Assembly: GCF_001898175.1 (NCBI RefSeq)
Contig: NZ_MKTH01000006.1
Coordinates: 15,100-79,099, forward strand
Source: Cellulomonas sp. 73-92
GTDB lineage: Bacteria > Actinomycetota > Actinomycetes > Actinomycetales > Cellulomonadaceae
DNA: 64,000 nt
Reading direction: 5' to 3'
This document shows positions 42,401 through 49,804 of the stretch, one piece after another. Position 1 is the stretch's first letter; every line of letters starts with the position of its first letter. The notes under the pieces were generated by a model. It saw only the letters and a list, made by a program, of their open reading frames with translations, made no database searches and had not been told where the DNA came from. A program made the translations under genes and the position numbers.

Positions 42401-42970
42401 CCGGGTGAGGTTGGCCGCCATGGCGTCGAGCTTGCGCAGCGCCTTCTCCTTGCGGCGGCGGTGCTTGAGGACGCCGGCCGCCTCCTCGATGAAGGCGCGC
42501 ATCTCCTCCGGCGTCGCCCGCAGGACCTCGTCGAGCTTGCCCTGGCCGACGACGACGTGCATCTGCCGGCCCATGCCGGTGTCGGAGAGCAGCTCCTGGA
42601 TGTCGAGCAGCCGGCACGTGCGGCCGTTGATCGCGTACTCCGACCCGCCGTTGCGGAACAGCGTGCGGGAGATCGTCACCTCGGAGTACTCGATCGGCAG
42701 GTGGCCGTCGGTGTTGTCGATCGTCAGCGACACCTCGGCCCGGCCCAGCGGCGGGCGGGCGGAGGTGCCCGCGAAGATGACGTCCTCCATCGTCCCGCCG
42801 CGCAGGGTCTTGGCGCCCTGCTCCCCCATCACCCAGGTCAGCGCGTCGACGACGTTGGACTTGCCGGACCCGTTCGGCCCGACGACGCACGTGATCCCCG
42901 GCTCGAGGCTCAGTGTCGTCGCCGAGGCGAACGACTTGAAGCCGCGCAGCGTGAGGGTCTTCAGGTGCAC
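39401..42970 (-). CDS. smc: chromosome segregation protein SMC
   Basis: It has Walker A (GPNGSGKSN), long coiled coils, a hinge (GTIGSVAALLQVD), the signature LSGGERSLTAVALL and Walker B (FYVMDEVEAALD). The start is GTG. Confidence 0.96.
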   Translation of the reverse strand: MHLKTLTLRGFKSFASATTLSLEPGITCVVGPNGSGKSNVVDALTWVMGEQGAKTLRGGTMEDVIFAGTSARPPLGRAEVSLTIDNTDGHLPIEYSEVTISRTLFRNGGSEYAINGRTCRLLDIQELLSDTGMGRQMHVVVGQGKLDEVLRATPEEMRAFIEEAAGVLKHRRRKEKALRKLDAMAANLTRLTDLTGEIRRQLGPLGRQAEVARKAAVVQADLRDARARLLADDLAQLQAQLAQEVADETALRARHDEVEAQLTATRTTLAALEREAAEAAPHVAEAGELWYRLSALRERLRGTASLAADRARLLGESAGERAPGQDVDELLAQAERVRAAEAELAAEVDVARTALEAAVEGRQAAEQEAQAAERDLATALRAAADRREGVARLAGQVGARRSRLEATGEEIGRLRATLAAAENRAHEATTRFTELETQVTGAEEGEEGLDAAHESAVAALEDAHARVAALSDELAAAERERGSLTARAETLELSLSRKDGAGALLAADALTGTIGSVAALLQVDQRDEDAIVAALGPLADAVAVESVEAAVDAIRYLRTEDAGRATLLVGSSDAEAHAALGDLPPGARAAIDLVQAPSRVRTTVRALLAGVVVVDDLAAARSVLAQRPDLVVATRAGDLLSARRASGGSSGAPSALHLQAALDQARSGAQAARATAERLRFELTAAQQARADAQAEYDRTLERLNESDAALAAVAEQLANLGQVARSARAEADRVQASLDAAAKALEEDTAALAELTQRLAAVEEEPAESEARIATGTRERDDLAAAAALARARETEGRLTLRTAEERARALAGRAESLERAAQAEREARERVARREVARAHQAATARAVHAGAVHALAVLEGSLARASDERAAAEAARAEREAALVQARGAADALATELAQLTDVVHRDEVARTQQRLRVEALAQRSVEELGIDPDVLVDEYGPHRDVPVLAAPGTEPAGQAPSAIPYVREQQEKRLAAAERQLALLGRVNPLALEEFEALEERHRFLTEQLADLKKSRADLLQIVADIDERVEQVFAEAFADTATQFVEVFGRLFPGGEGRLVLTAPDDMLATGIEVEARPAGKKVKRLSLLSGGERSLTAVALLVAIFRARPSPFYVMDEVEAALDDTNLDRLLELLRELRTSSQLIVVTHQKRTMEIADALYGVTMRGDGVSAVISQRLREDVPA

Positions 42971-43016
42971 GGGGGCAGCCTAAGCGGACGGGCAGGCGCG
43001 ATCGGGGAGGCGGGCG

Positions 43017-43442
43017 TCAGAGGGCGGGGAACCACAGCGCGATCTCGCGGGCGGCCGACTCCGGCGAGTCGGAGCCGTGCACGACGTTCTGGATCGCGGG
43101 GGTGCCCCAGTCGCGCGACAGGTCGCCGCGGATGGTGCCCGGCGCCGCCGCGGTGGGGTTCGTCGCCCCGGCGAGCGACCGGAACGCCTCGACCACGCCG
43201 TGGCCCTCGACGACGGCCGCCACGACGGGGCCGGACGTCATGAAGTCCAGCAGGCCGGGCAGGAAGGGCTTCCCCGCGTGCTCGGCGTAGTGCTCCTCGA
43301 GCAGCTCGCGCGTGGCCGTGCGCATCTCGAGCGCGACGAGCGTGTACCCCTTCGCCTCGATCCGCCGCAGCACCTCGCCGACGTTGCCCCGACGCACGCC
43401 GTCGGGCTTGACGATGACGAGGGTGCGCTGCTGCTCGGCCAT
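43017..43442 (-). CDS. ndk: nucleoside diphosphate kinase
   Basis: The ATG at 43442 gives MAEQQRTLVIVKPDGVRRG...GTIRGD...NVVHGSDS, with the active-site His. Confidence 0.95.
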   Translation of the reverse strand: MAEQQRTLVIVKPDGVRRGNVGEVLRRIEAKGYTLVALEMRTATRELLEEHYAEHAGKPFLPGLLDFMTSGPVVAAVVEGHGVVEAFRSLAGATNPTAAAPGTIRGDLSRDWGTPAIQNVVHGSDSPESAAREIALWFPAL

Positions 43443-43490
43443 GGGCTGCACCCTATCGGCCCTGGCCATGGCGCCGGTGCGCGCCCGGGA

Positions 43491-43919
43491 TCAGCGGGGG
43501 CGCCGCGGCGACGGCGGCTCGACCGCGTCGGGATGGGCGGCGTCGAACGCCGCGCGCTCCCGGTCGATGCGCCACCCCAGGCGGACCATCGCGACCCACA
43601 TGACGACGAACACGCCGCCGATGGCGAACATCATCGGCACCACGAACCCGCCCGCCAGCACCGCCGCCTGCGCCACGGAGCCGGCCACGCGGCCGGCCCG
43701 GAACCGCTGCAGCCCCGCCAGGATGGCCAGCGCCGCCGCCAGGCCGAGGCCCACCCCCCACACCTCGCCGTTCGGCGCCACCCGCAGCCCGAAGGCCACG
43801 AGCGTCGCGAACACGACGAGGAAGGCCTCCAGCAGCAGCATCGCCTCGGCGAAGACGATCGTCGCCGGCCGCTTGCGCCGGATCGCCGGGGTGGACGCCG
43901 GCTCCGCGGCGGCGCTCAC
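43491..43919 (-). CDS. DUF4233 family membrane protein
   Basis: It has four hydrophobic helices and sits between folC and ndk as in other actinobacteria. Its GTG start overlaps the dhaL stop (GTGA). Confidence 0.8.
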   Translation of the reverse strand: MSAAAEPASTPAIRRKRPATIVFAEAMLLLEAFLVVFATLVAFGLRVAPNGEVWGVGLGLAAALAILAGLQRFRAGRVAGSVAQAAVLAGGFVVPMMFAIGGVFVVMWVAMVRLGWRIDRERAAFDAAHPDAVEPPSPRRPR

Positions 43920-44554
43920 GTGGACGCCGCGGCCTCGGCGGCCGCCCGCAGGATGAGCTCGCTCGACCGCGCGCCGGGGTCCAGGTGCCCGGCCGAGCGC
44001 GGCCCCAGGTAGGACGCCCTGCCCTTGGTGGCCACCAGCGGGATCGTCGCGTGCGCCCCGGCCTCGGCCGCCACGGCCGCCGCGGCGAGCACGCCCGCGG
44101 GGGAGGCGCCGTTGTCGGCGGCAGCGACTGCGGCGTCCACCGCGGGCGCCCAGGCGTCGACCATCGTCTTCTCCCCCGGCGACGCGTTGCCGCGCGCGAC
44201 GATCCCGTCGAGCGCCGCCTCGAGCAGCGCGACGGTCGCCGACGCGTCGAGGTCGGGCAGCGCCGACACCTTCGCGGCGCGCAGGAACGCGGTGCCGTAC
44301 AGCGGGCCGGACGCGCCGCCGACGGTCGACATCAGCGTGGTCGCCACGAGCCGCAGCACGTCGCCGACCTGGGCGGGTCGCTGCTCGAGGCCGTCGAGCC
44401 GCGCCAGCACCGCCGTGAACCCCCGGTCGAGGTTCGCCCCGTGGTCCCCGTCACCGATCTGGCGGTCGAGGTCGATGAGCTCGTCCCGATGCACCGCGAC
44501 CGATGTCGCCGCGGCGTGGACCCAGTCCAGCGCCCAGCCCACGTCCAGGGTCAT
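43916..44554 (-). CDS. dhaL: dihydroxyacetone kinase ADP-binding subunit DhaL (Dak2 domain)
   Basis: The ATG at 44554 has an SD ggaggga. LIDLDRQIGDGDHGANLDRGF is the DGDxG Mg/ADP motif, and TVGGASGPLYGTAFL is also present. It is the in-frame tail of ORF 43916..45844. Confidence 0.85.
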   Translation of the reverse strand: MTLDVGWALDWVHAAATSVAVHRDELIDLDRQIGDGDHGANLDRGFTAVLARLDGLEQRPAQVGDVLRLVATTLMSTVGGASGPLYGTAFLRAAKVSALPDLDASATVALLEAALDGIVARGNASPGEKTMVDAWAPAVDAAVAAADNGASPAGVLAAAAVAAEAGAHATIPLVATKGRASYLGPRSAGHLDPGARSSELILRAAAEAAAST

Positions 44555-44604
44555 GTGGTCCCTCCGGCTCGTCGCATCGACCATAGACGACGAACCGGCC
44601 CCGG

Positions 44605-45990
44605 TCAGGCGCGCCCCAGCAGGACGCGGGCCTCCGCCACCAGGTACAGCGAGCCGGTGACGAGCACACCGGCACCGCGCTCGGCCTCGGCCTCGGCGCG
44701 CTCCACCGCCAGCGTGATCGCGTCGTCGAGACGCTCGGCCCGGTGGACCCGGTCGGGGCCGAACACGTCCTCGGCGATCTCCGCCAGCTCGTCGACGTCC
44801 AAGGACCGCGACGTCGACGCGTGGGTGACGACGACCTCGTCGAGCACGGGCTCGAGGAGGCCGAGCATCGCCTCGGGGTCCTTGTCGTCCATGATCGCCA
44901 CGACGCCGACGAGCCGGTCGAACGCGAAGGACTCCTCCAGCGCCGCGACCAGCGCCGCGACACCGTGGGGGTTGTGGGCGCCGTCGACGACGACGGTCGG
45001 GCTGGAGCGCACCACCTCCAGGCGCCCGGGCGACGACATGTCGGCGAACGCGGCCTCCACCACCCCGCCGTCCAGCGCGGCGCCGCCGGTCAGCAGGGCC
45101 TCGGTCGCGGCCAGCGCGAGCAGCGCGTTGTGCGCCTGGTGCTCGCCGAACAGCGGCAGGTACACGTCCGTGTAGACGCCACCGAGCCCGCGCAGCGTCA
45201 GCAGCTGGCCGCCCACCGCCGGCATCCGTTCCACGACGGCGATGTCGACGTCCTCGCGCACCACGCGCGCGCCCTTGGCGGCGGCCTCCGCGAGGATGAC
45301 CCCCTCCGCGACCTCGTCCTGCCGCGAGACGACGACGGTCCCGCCCTCCTCGATGATCCCCGCCTTGTTGCCGGCGACCTCGGCGAGCGTGTCGCCGAGG
45401 TAGCGCTGGTGGTCCATCGCGACGGGCGCGATCACCTGCACCTGCGAGTGCACGACGTTGGTCGAGTCCCACCGGCCGCCCATGCCGACCTCGATGACGG
45501 CCACGTCGACCGGCGCGTCCGCGAACGCCGCGAACGCCATCACGGTGAAGACCTCGAAGAAGCTCAGCCGCGGGCCGCCGCGCTCGAGCGAGCGCTGGTC
45601 GACGAGGTGGACGTACGGTGCCACGTCCTGCCACACCTCGACGAACCGCTCGTCGCTGATGGGCTCGCCGTCGATCGCGATCCGCTCGGTCACCCGCGTG
45701 AGGTGCGGCGAGGTGAACCGCCCGGTGCGCAGCCCGTGCTCCCGCAGCAGCCGCTCGACCATCCGCGACGTCGACGTCTTGCCGTTCGTCCCCGTGATGT
45801 GCACCACCTGGTAGTCCAGCTGCGGGTCGCCCAGCAGCTGGCACACCTCGCGCACGCGGTCGAGGGTCGGGTCGATCTCGTGCTCCGGCGCGCGCTCGAG
45901 GATCCCCCGGTAGACCTCGTCCGCGGCCTCGCGCGCCCGGCGCTCGGCCTCGTCCCGGTGGTGCTCCGCACCCGACGACGGCTTGCTCAT
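44605..45990 (-). CDS. folC: folylpolyglutamate synthase / dihydrofolate synthase
   Basis: It has the Mur-ligase P-loop [14 protein letters not shown], a central domain, and C-terminal DGAHNPHG. The start overlaps the ileS stop (ATGA). Confidence 0.93.
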   Translation of the reverse strand: MSKPSSGAEHHRDEAERRAREAADEVYRGILERAPEHEIDPTLDRVREVCQLLGDPQLDYQVVHITGTNGKTSTSRMVERLLREHGLRTGRFTSPHLTRVTERIAIDGEPISDERFVEVWQDVAPYVHLVDQRSLERGGPRLSFFEVFTVMAFAAFADAPVDVAVIEVGMGGRWDSTNVVHSQVQVIAPVAMDHQRYLGDTLAEVAGNKAGIIEEGGTVVVSRQDEVAEGVILAEAAAKGARVVREDVDIAVVERMPAVGGQLLTLRGLGGVYTDVYLPLFGEHQAHNALLALAATEALLTGGAALDGGVVEAAFADMSSPGRLEVVRSSPTVVVDGAHNPHGVAALVAALEESFAFDRLVGVVAIMDDKDPEAMLGLLEPVLDEVVVTHASTSRSLDVDELAEIAEDVFGPDRVHRAERLDDAITLAVERAEAEAERGAGVLVTGSLYLVAEARVLLGRA

Positions 45991-48900
45991 GCGCCCGCGA
46001 CCTCCAGCTCCACGACGACGTCGTCCGCCTCCCGCACGACGAACGAGGTCGCGAGGGTCTCGCGCGCGACGACGTCCCGGTGCGCCTCGATGGCGGCCAC
46101 CTGCCCGGCGGGCACGCCGAGCGTGAGCCGGATCCGGTCGGACACGTTGAGCCCGGCGGCCTTGCGGGCGTCCTGCACCGCCCGGATGGCGTCGCGTGCG
46201 ACGCCCTCCGCCCGCAGCTCGTCGTCGAGCGTCAGGTCGAGCACGACGAAGCCGGCGCCCTCCGGCAGCACGGCCGCCGCCACCACGCGGTCCTGACCGT
46301 CACCGCCCCCCGCCACCACGGTGGTCAGCTCGTACTCGCTGGGCTCGAGCGTCACCGGAGAGTCGTCGACCGTGACGACCACGCCGTCGGGCGTCTCGCT
46401 CCACGCGCCGGCCTTGGCCGCCTGGATGACGCCCTGCACGGCGCGGCCGAGCCGCGGCCCGGCCGCGCGGGCGTTGACGGTCAGCCGGCGGGAGATCCCG
46501 TACCGCGTCGCGGTCTCCTCGTCGTCGTGCACCAGGACCACCTCCTTGACGTTGAGCTCGCCCGCCAGCAGCTCCGTGTAGGCCCGCGACCCCTCCGGGT
46601 CGGCGACCGCCACCGTGAGCGTGCGCAGCGGCTGGCGCACGCGGATCTGGTGCGCCTTGCGCAGCCCGAGCGTCGTCGACACGGCCTGGCGGACGCCGTC
46701 GATGACGTCCGTCAGCGCCGGCTCGACCGGGGCGACGACGGTCGGCCAGTCGGTGAGGTGCACCGAGCGGCCCCCCGTCAGGCCCCGCCAGATCTCCTCC
46801 GCCACCATCGGCGCCAGCGGCGCCATGACCTGCGTCAGCACCGTGAGGGCGGTGTAGAGGGTGTCGAACGCGTCGTCGTCCTCCGCCCAGAACCGGTCGC
46901 GCTGCGTGCGGACGTACCAGTTCGTCAGCACGTCCAGGTGCTCACGGACGAGCCCGCACGCGGTGGCGATGTCGTAGACGTCCATCGCGGCCGTCACGGC
47001 GTCCACGAGCTCCTGGGTGTGCGCCAGCAGGTACCGGTCCATCGGCCGCAGGCCGGCGGCGCGCTCCGGCGTCACGGTCGTCGCGACGTAGCCGGCGCCG
47101 CCCGCCGCCGCACCCGCGTAGAGCGCGAAGAAGTAGTACGTGCTCCACAGGGGCAGCAGCACCTGGCGCACGCCCTCCCGGATGTTCTCCTCGGCGACGA
47201 CGAGGTTGCCCCCCCGCAGCACGGGCGAGCTCATGAGCGACCACCGCACGGCGTCCGAGCCGTACGTGTCGAACATCTCCATCGGGTCGGGGAAGTTGCG
47301 CAGCGACTTCGACGCCTTGCGGCCGTCGTCGCCCAGCACGATCCCGTGGGACACGCAGGAGCGGAACGCCGGCCGGTCGAACAGCCCGGTGGCCAGCACG
47401 TGCATGACGTAGAACCAGCCGCGGGTCTGCCCGATGTACTCGACGATGAAGTCGCCCGGGTAGTGGTGCTCGAACCAGTCCTGGTTCTCGAAGGGGTAGT
47501 GCACCTGGGCGTAGGGCATCGACCCGGAGTCGAACCACACGTCGAAGATGTCGGTGATGCGGCGCATCGTCGAGCGCCCCGTCGGGTCGTCCGGGTTCGG
47601 CCGCGTCAGCTCGTCGATCCACGGCCGGTGCAGGTCCGGCTCGCCCTTGTCGTTGCGTGGCAGCCGCCCGAAGTCCCGCTCGAGCTCGGCGAACGAGCCG
47701 TAGACGTCGGTGCGCGGGTGCGCCGGGTCGTCGGACTGCCAGATCGGGATGGGCGTGCCCCAGTACCGGTTGCGGGACACCGACCAGTCGCGGGCCCCGG
47801 CGAGCCAGTTGCCGAAGATGCCGTCCTTGACGTGCTCCGGCGTCCAGGTGATCTGCCGGTTCAGCTCGACCATCCGGTCCCGGAACGCGCTGACGCGGAT
47901 GAACCAGCTCGACACGGCCTTGTAGATCAAGGGGTTCCGGCAGCGCCAGCAGTGCGGGTAGGAGTGCACGTAGGACGCCTGCCGCAGCAGCCGGCCGTCC
48001 TCGCGCAGCCGCCGGATGATGGGCATGTTCGCCTCGAACACCTGCAGCCCCGCGAAGTCCGGGACCACCGACGTGAACACGCCGCCCTCGTCGACCGACA
48101 GCAGCGTCGGGATGCCGGCGGCGTCGCACGCCTGCTGGTCCACCTCGCCGTAGGCGGGCGCCAGGTGGACCACCCCGGTGCCGTCCTCGGTGGTGATGAA
48201 GTCCCCGACGAGCACCCGCCACGCGGTGCCGGTCCCCCAGCGCTCCGCGTCCGCGAAGTAGTCGAACAGCCGCTCGTAGCGCAGCCCCTCGAGCTCGGCA
48301 CCCCGCAGCTCCCGCGTCGCGGCCGCGAGCGCGTCGGCGGCGGAGGCGTAGCCCAGGTCCTTGGCGTAGCCGCCCACGAGGTCGCGCGCGAGCAGGAAGG
48401 GCCCGTCACCGGCGGAGGTGCCGTTCGGGCCGGCGGGCACGACGACGTAGGCGATGTCCGCCCCGACCGCGAGCGCCTCGTTGGTTGGCAGGGTCCACGG
48501 GGTCGTCGTCCACGCCACCGCGGACACGCCGGCCAGCCCGAGCGCCTCCGCCTCCGGACCGGCGAACGGGAACGTCACGGAGACCGTCTGGTCCTGACGG
48601 TCGGCGTAGACGTCGTCGTCCATGCGGAGCTCGTGGTTGGACAGCGGCGTCTGGTCGCGCCAGCAGTAGGGCAGCACGCGGTAGCCCTCGTACGCCAGGC
48701 CCTTGTCGTAGAGGGTCTTGAACGCCCAGATCACCGACTCCATGAAGGTCGGGTCGAGGGTCTTGTAGTCGTGCTCGAAGTCGACCCAGCGTGCCTGCCG
48801 GGTGACGTACTCCTGCCACTCCTGCGTGTAGCGCAGCACGGACTCGCGGCACGCCTCGTTGAACGCGGCGATGCCCATCTCGTCGATCTGCGACTTGTCG

Positions 48901-49238
48901 GTGATCCCGAGGATCCGCTCGGCCTCGAGCTCGGCCGGCAGCCCGTGCGTGTCCCAGCCGAAGCGGCGCTCCACGCGCCGCCCGCGCATCGTCTGGTACC
49001 GCGGCACGACGTCCTTGACGTACCCGGTCAGCAGGTGCCCGTAGTGCGGCAGCCCGTTGGCGAACGGGGGTCCGTCGTAGAAGACGAACTCGTTGCTGCC
49101 GTCGCGCCCGGTGTCGCGCCCCTCGACGGAGGCGACGAACGTGCCGTCCGCCTTCCAGTAGGCCAGGACGCCGTTCTCCAGAGCGGGGAGGTCCGGCGAG
49201 GCGGGGACGGCCTCGGGCCGGTGCAACGGATAGGCCAC
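45987..49238 (-). CDS. ileS: isoleucyl-tRNA synthetase (type 2, actinobacterial/eukaryote-like)
   Basis: The GTG at 49238 gives [14 protein letters not shown]...[16 protein letters not shown] (HIGH-type), the CP1 editing domain, and KASKSLRN (KMSKS-type). It lies within ORF 45987..49373. Confidence 0.95.
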   Translation of the reverse strand: MAYPLHRPEAVPASPDLPALENGVLAYWKADGTFVASVEGRDTGRDGSNEFVFYDGPPFANGLPHYGHLLTGYVKDVVPRYQTMRGRRVERRFGWDTHGLPAELEAERILGITDKSQIDEMGIAAFNEACRESVLRYTQEWQEYVTRQARWVDFEHDYKTLDPTFMESVIWAFKTLYDKGLAYEGYRVLPYCWRDQTPLSNHELRMDDDVYADRQDQTVSVTFPFAGPEAEALGLAGVSAVAWTTTPWTLPTNEALAVGADIAYVVVPAGPNGTSAGDGPFLLARDLVGGYAKDLGYASAADALAAATRELRGAELEGLRYERLFDYFADAERWGTGTAWRVLVGDFITTEDGTGVVHLAPAYGEVDQQACDAAGIPTLLSVDEGGVFTSVVPDFAGLQVFEANMPIIRRLREDGRLLRQASYVHSYPHCWRCRNPLIYKAVSSWFIRVSAFRDRMVELNRQITWTPEHVKDGIFGNWLAGARDWSVSRNRYWGTPIPIWQSDDPAHPRTDVYGSFAELERDFGRLPRNDKGEPDLHRPWIDELTRPNPDDPTGRSTMRRITDIFDVWFDSGSMPYAQVHYPFENQDWFEHHYPGDFIVEYIGQTRGWFYVMHVLATGLFDRPAFRSCVSHGIVLGDDGRKASKSLRNFPDPMEMFDTYGSDAVRWSLMSSPVLRGGNLVVAEENIREGVRQVLLPLWSTYYFFALYAGAAAGGAGYVATTVTPERAAGLRPMDRYLLAHTQELVDAVTAAMDVYDIATACGLVREHLDVLTNWYVRTQRDRFWAEDDDAFDTLYTALTVLTQVMAPLAPMVAEEIWRGLTGGRSVHLTDWPTVVAPVEPALTDVIDGVRQAVSTTLGLRKAHQIRVRQPLRTLTVAVADPEGSRAYTELLAGELNVKEVVLVHDDEETATRYGISRRLTVNARAAGPRLGRAVQGVIQAAKAGAWSETPDGVVVTVDDSPVTLEPSEYELTTVVAGGGDGQDRVVAAAVLPEGAGFVVLDLTLDDELRAEGVARDAIRAVQDARKAAGLNVSDRIRLTLGVPAGQVAAIEAHRDVVARETLATSFVVREADDVVVELEVAGA

Positions 49239-49523
49239 GGGTGGTTCTCCTCGAGCGTGCGCGTCGGTACTGGGTCGTACTGCCACGCGAGGACGACGAG
49301 CCCGACGACAGCTGCGCACCACTCCCGCAGCCGCGCGGCGGACCACCGCGGTACCACCCCGCTTGCCGCTCACGCGGTGTCACCCGCGGTCCCGGCCCCT
49401 CTCCGACGGCTGTGACGGGCCTGCCCCGTCCGGTTCTACTGAGGCCGTGTCCCTCAGGCCACGACCCGTTCCTCCGGAGGCTCGCCGGTGATGGCCGGGT
49501 CGACGCCTGTGTCGCACAGTCTA
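49239..49523 (-). promoter_or_regulatory. T-box leader (translational type) of ileS plus candidate -10 TAGACT
   Basis: On the minus strand the T-box core GGGGUGGUACCGCG is at 49360-49347. AUC-A sits in a short hairpin loop at 49492-49489 (GGC-gucga-CCGG-CCAUCA-CCGG-cga-GCC). UCCUCGCGUG (49293-49284) pairs with CACGcuCGAGGA (49259-49248), covering the SD GGAGAA (49250-49245). TAGACT is at 49523-49518. Confidence 0.8.
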
Positions 49524-49600
49524 GGACCCGTTGCCCGCGCCCCACCGTGACGCGGCGTGCGGCACCGTGCGCAGTCCCGGGCGCCACCGCGACCGGGCGG

Positions 49601-49804
49601 GATCGCGCACCGGACGACCCCTCCTCGCGACGTCCGCAACGGCGAGTCAACAATGACGCCGCCGCGTTGCGGGTCGCGCGAGAAGACCGCGGCCGCCGAG
49701 GACCTGGCTAGTCGGCGCAGATCGCGCACCGGACGACCCCTCCTCGCGACGTCCGCAACGGGGAGTCAACAATGACGCCCCCGCGTTGCGGGTGGCGCGA
49801 GGAG
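49601..49804. repeat. two direct copies of an 85-nt hairpin-forming module (49601-49685, 49720-49804; period 119 nt)
   Basis: The two copies are 81/85 identical by hand alignment. Each contains CTCCTCGCG...CCGCAACG-loop(AGTCAACAATGACGC)-CGTTGCGG...CGCGAG(A/G)AG. Confidence 0.9.
49653..49775 (+). CDS. candidate 40-codon upstream ORF starting in hairpin copy 1
   Basis: The ATG at 49653 follows GGCGAG by 6 nt. It encodes MTPPRCGSREKTAAAEDLASRRRSRTGRPLLATSATGSQQ. Its TGA overlaps ATG 49772 (ATGA). There is no homology support. Confidence 0.3.
   Translation: MTPPRCGSREKTAAAEDLASRRRSRTGRPLLATSATGSQQ

Noticed and set aside
49601-49804. Repeat-spacer-repeat layout (85-nt repeats separated by a 34-nt spacer) that could look like a mini CRISPR array
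   Set aside because: There are only two copies. The repeats are far longer than CRISPR repeats (about 23-47 nt). The copies are imperfect. No cas genes or leader are present in the window.
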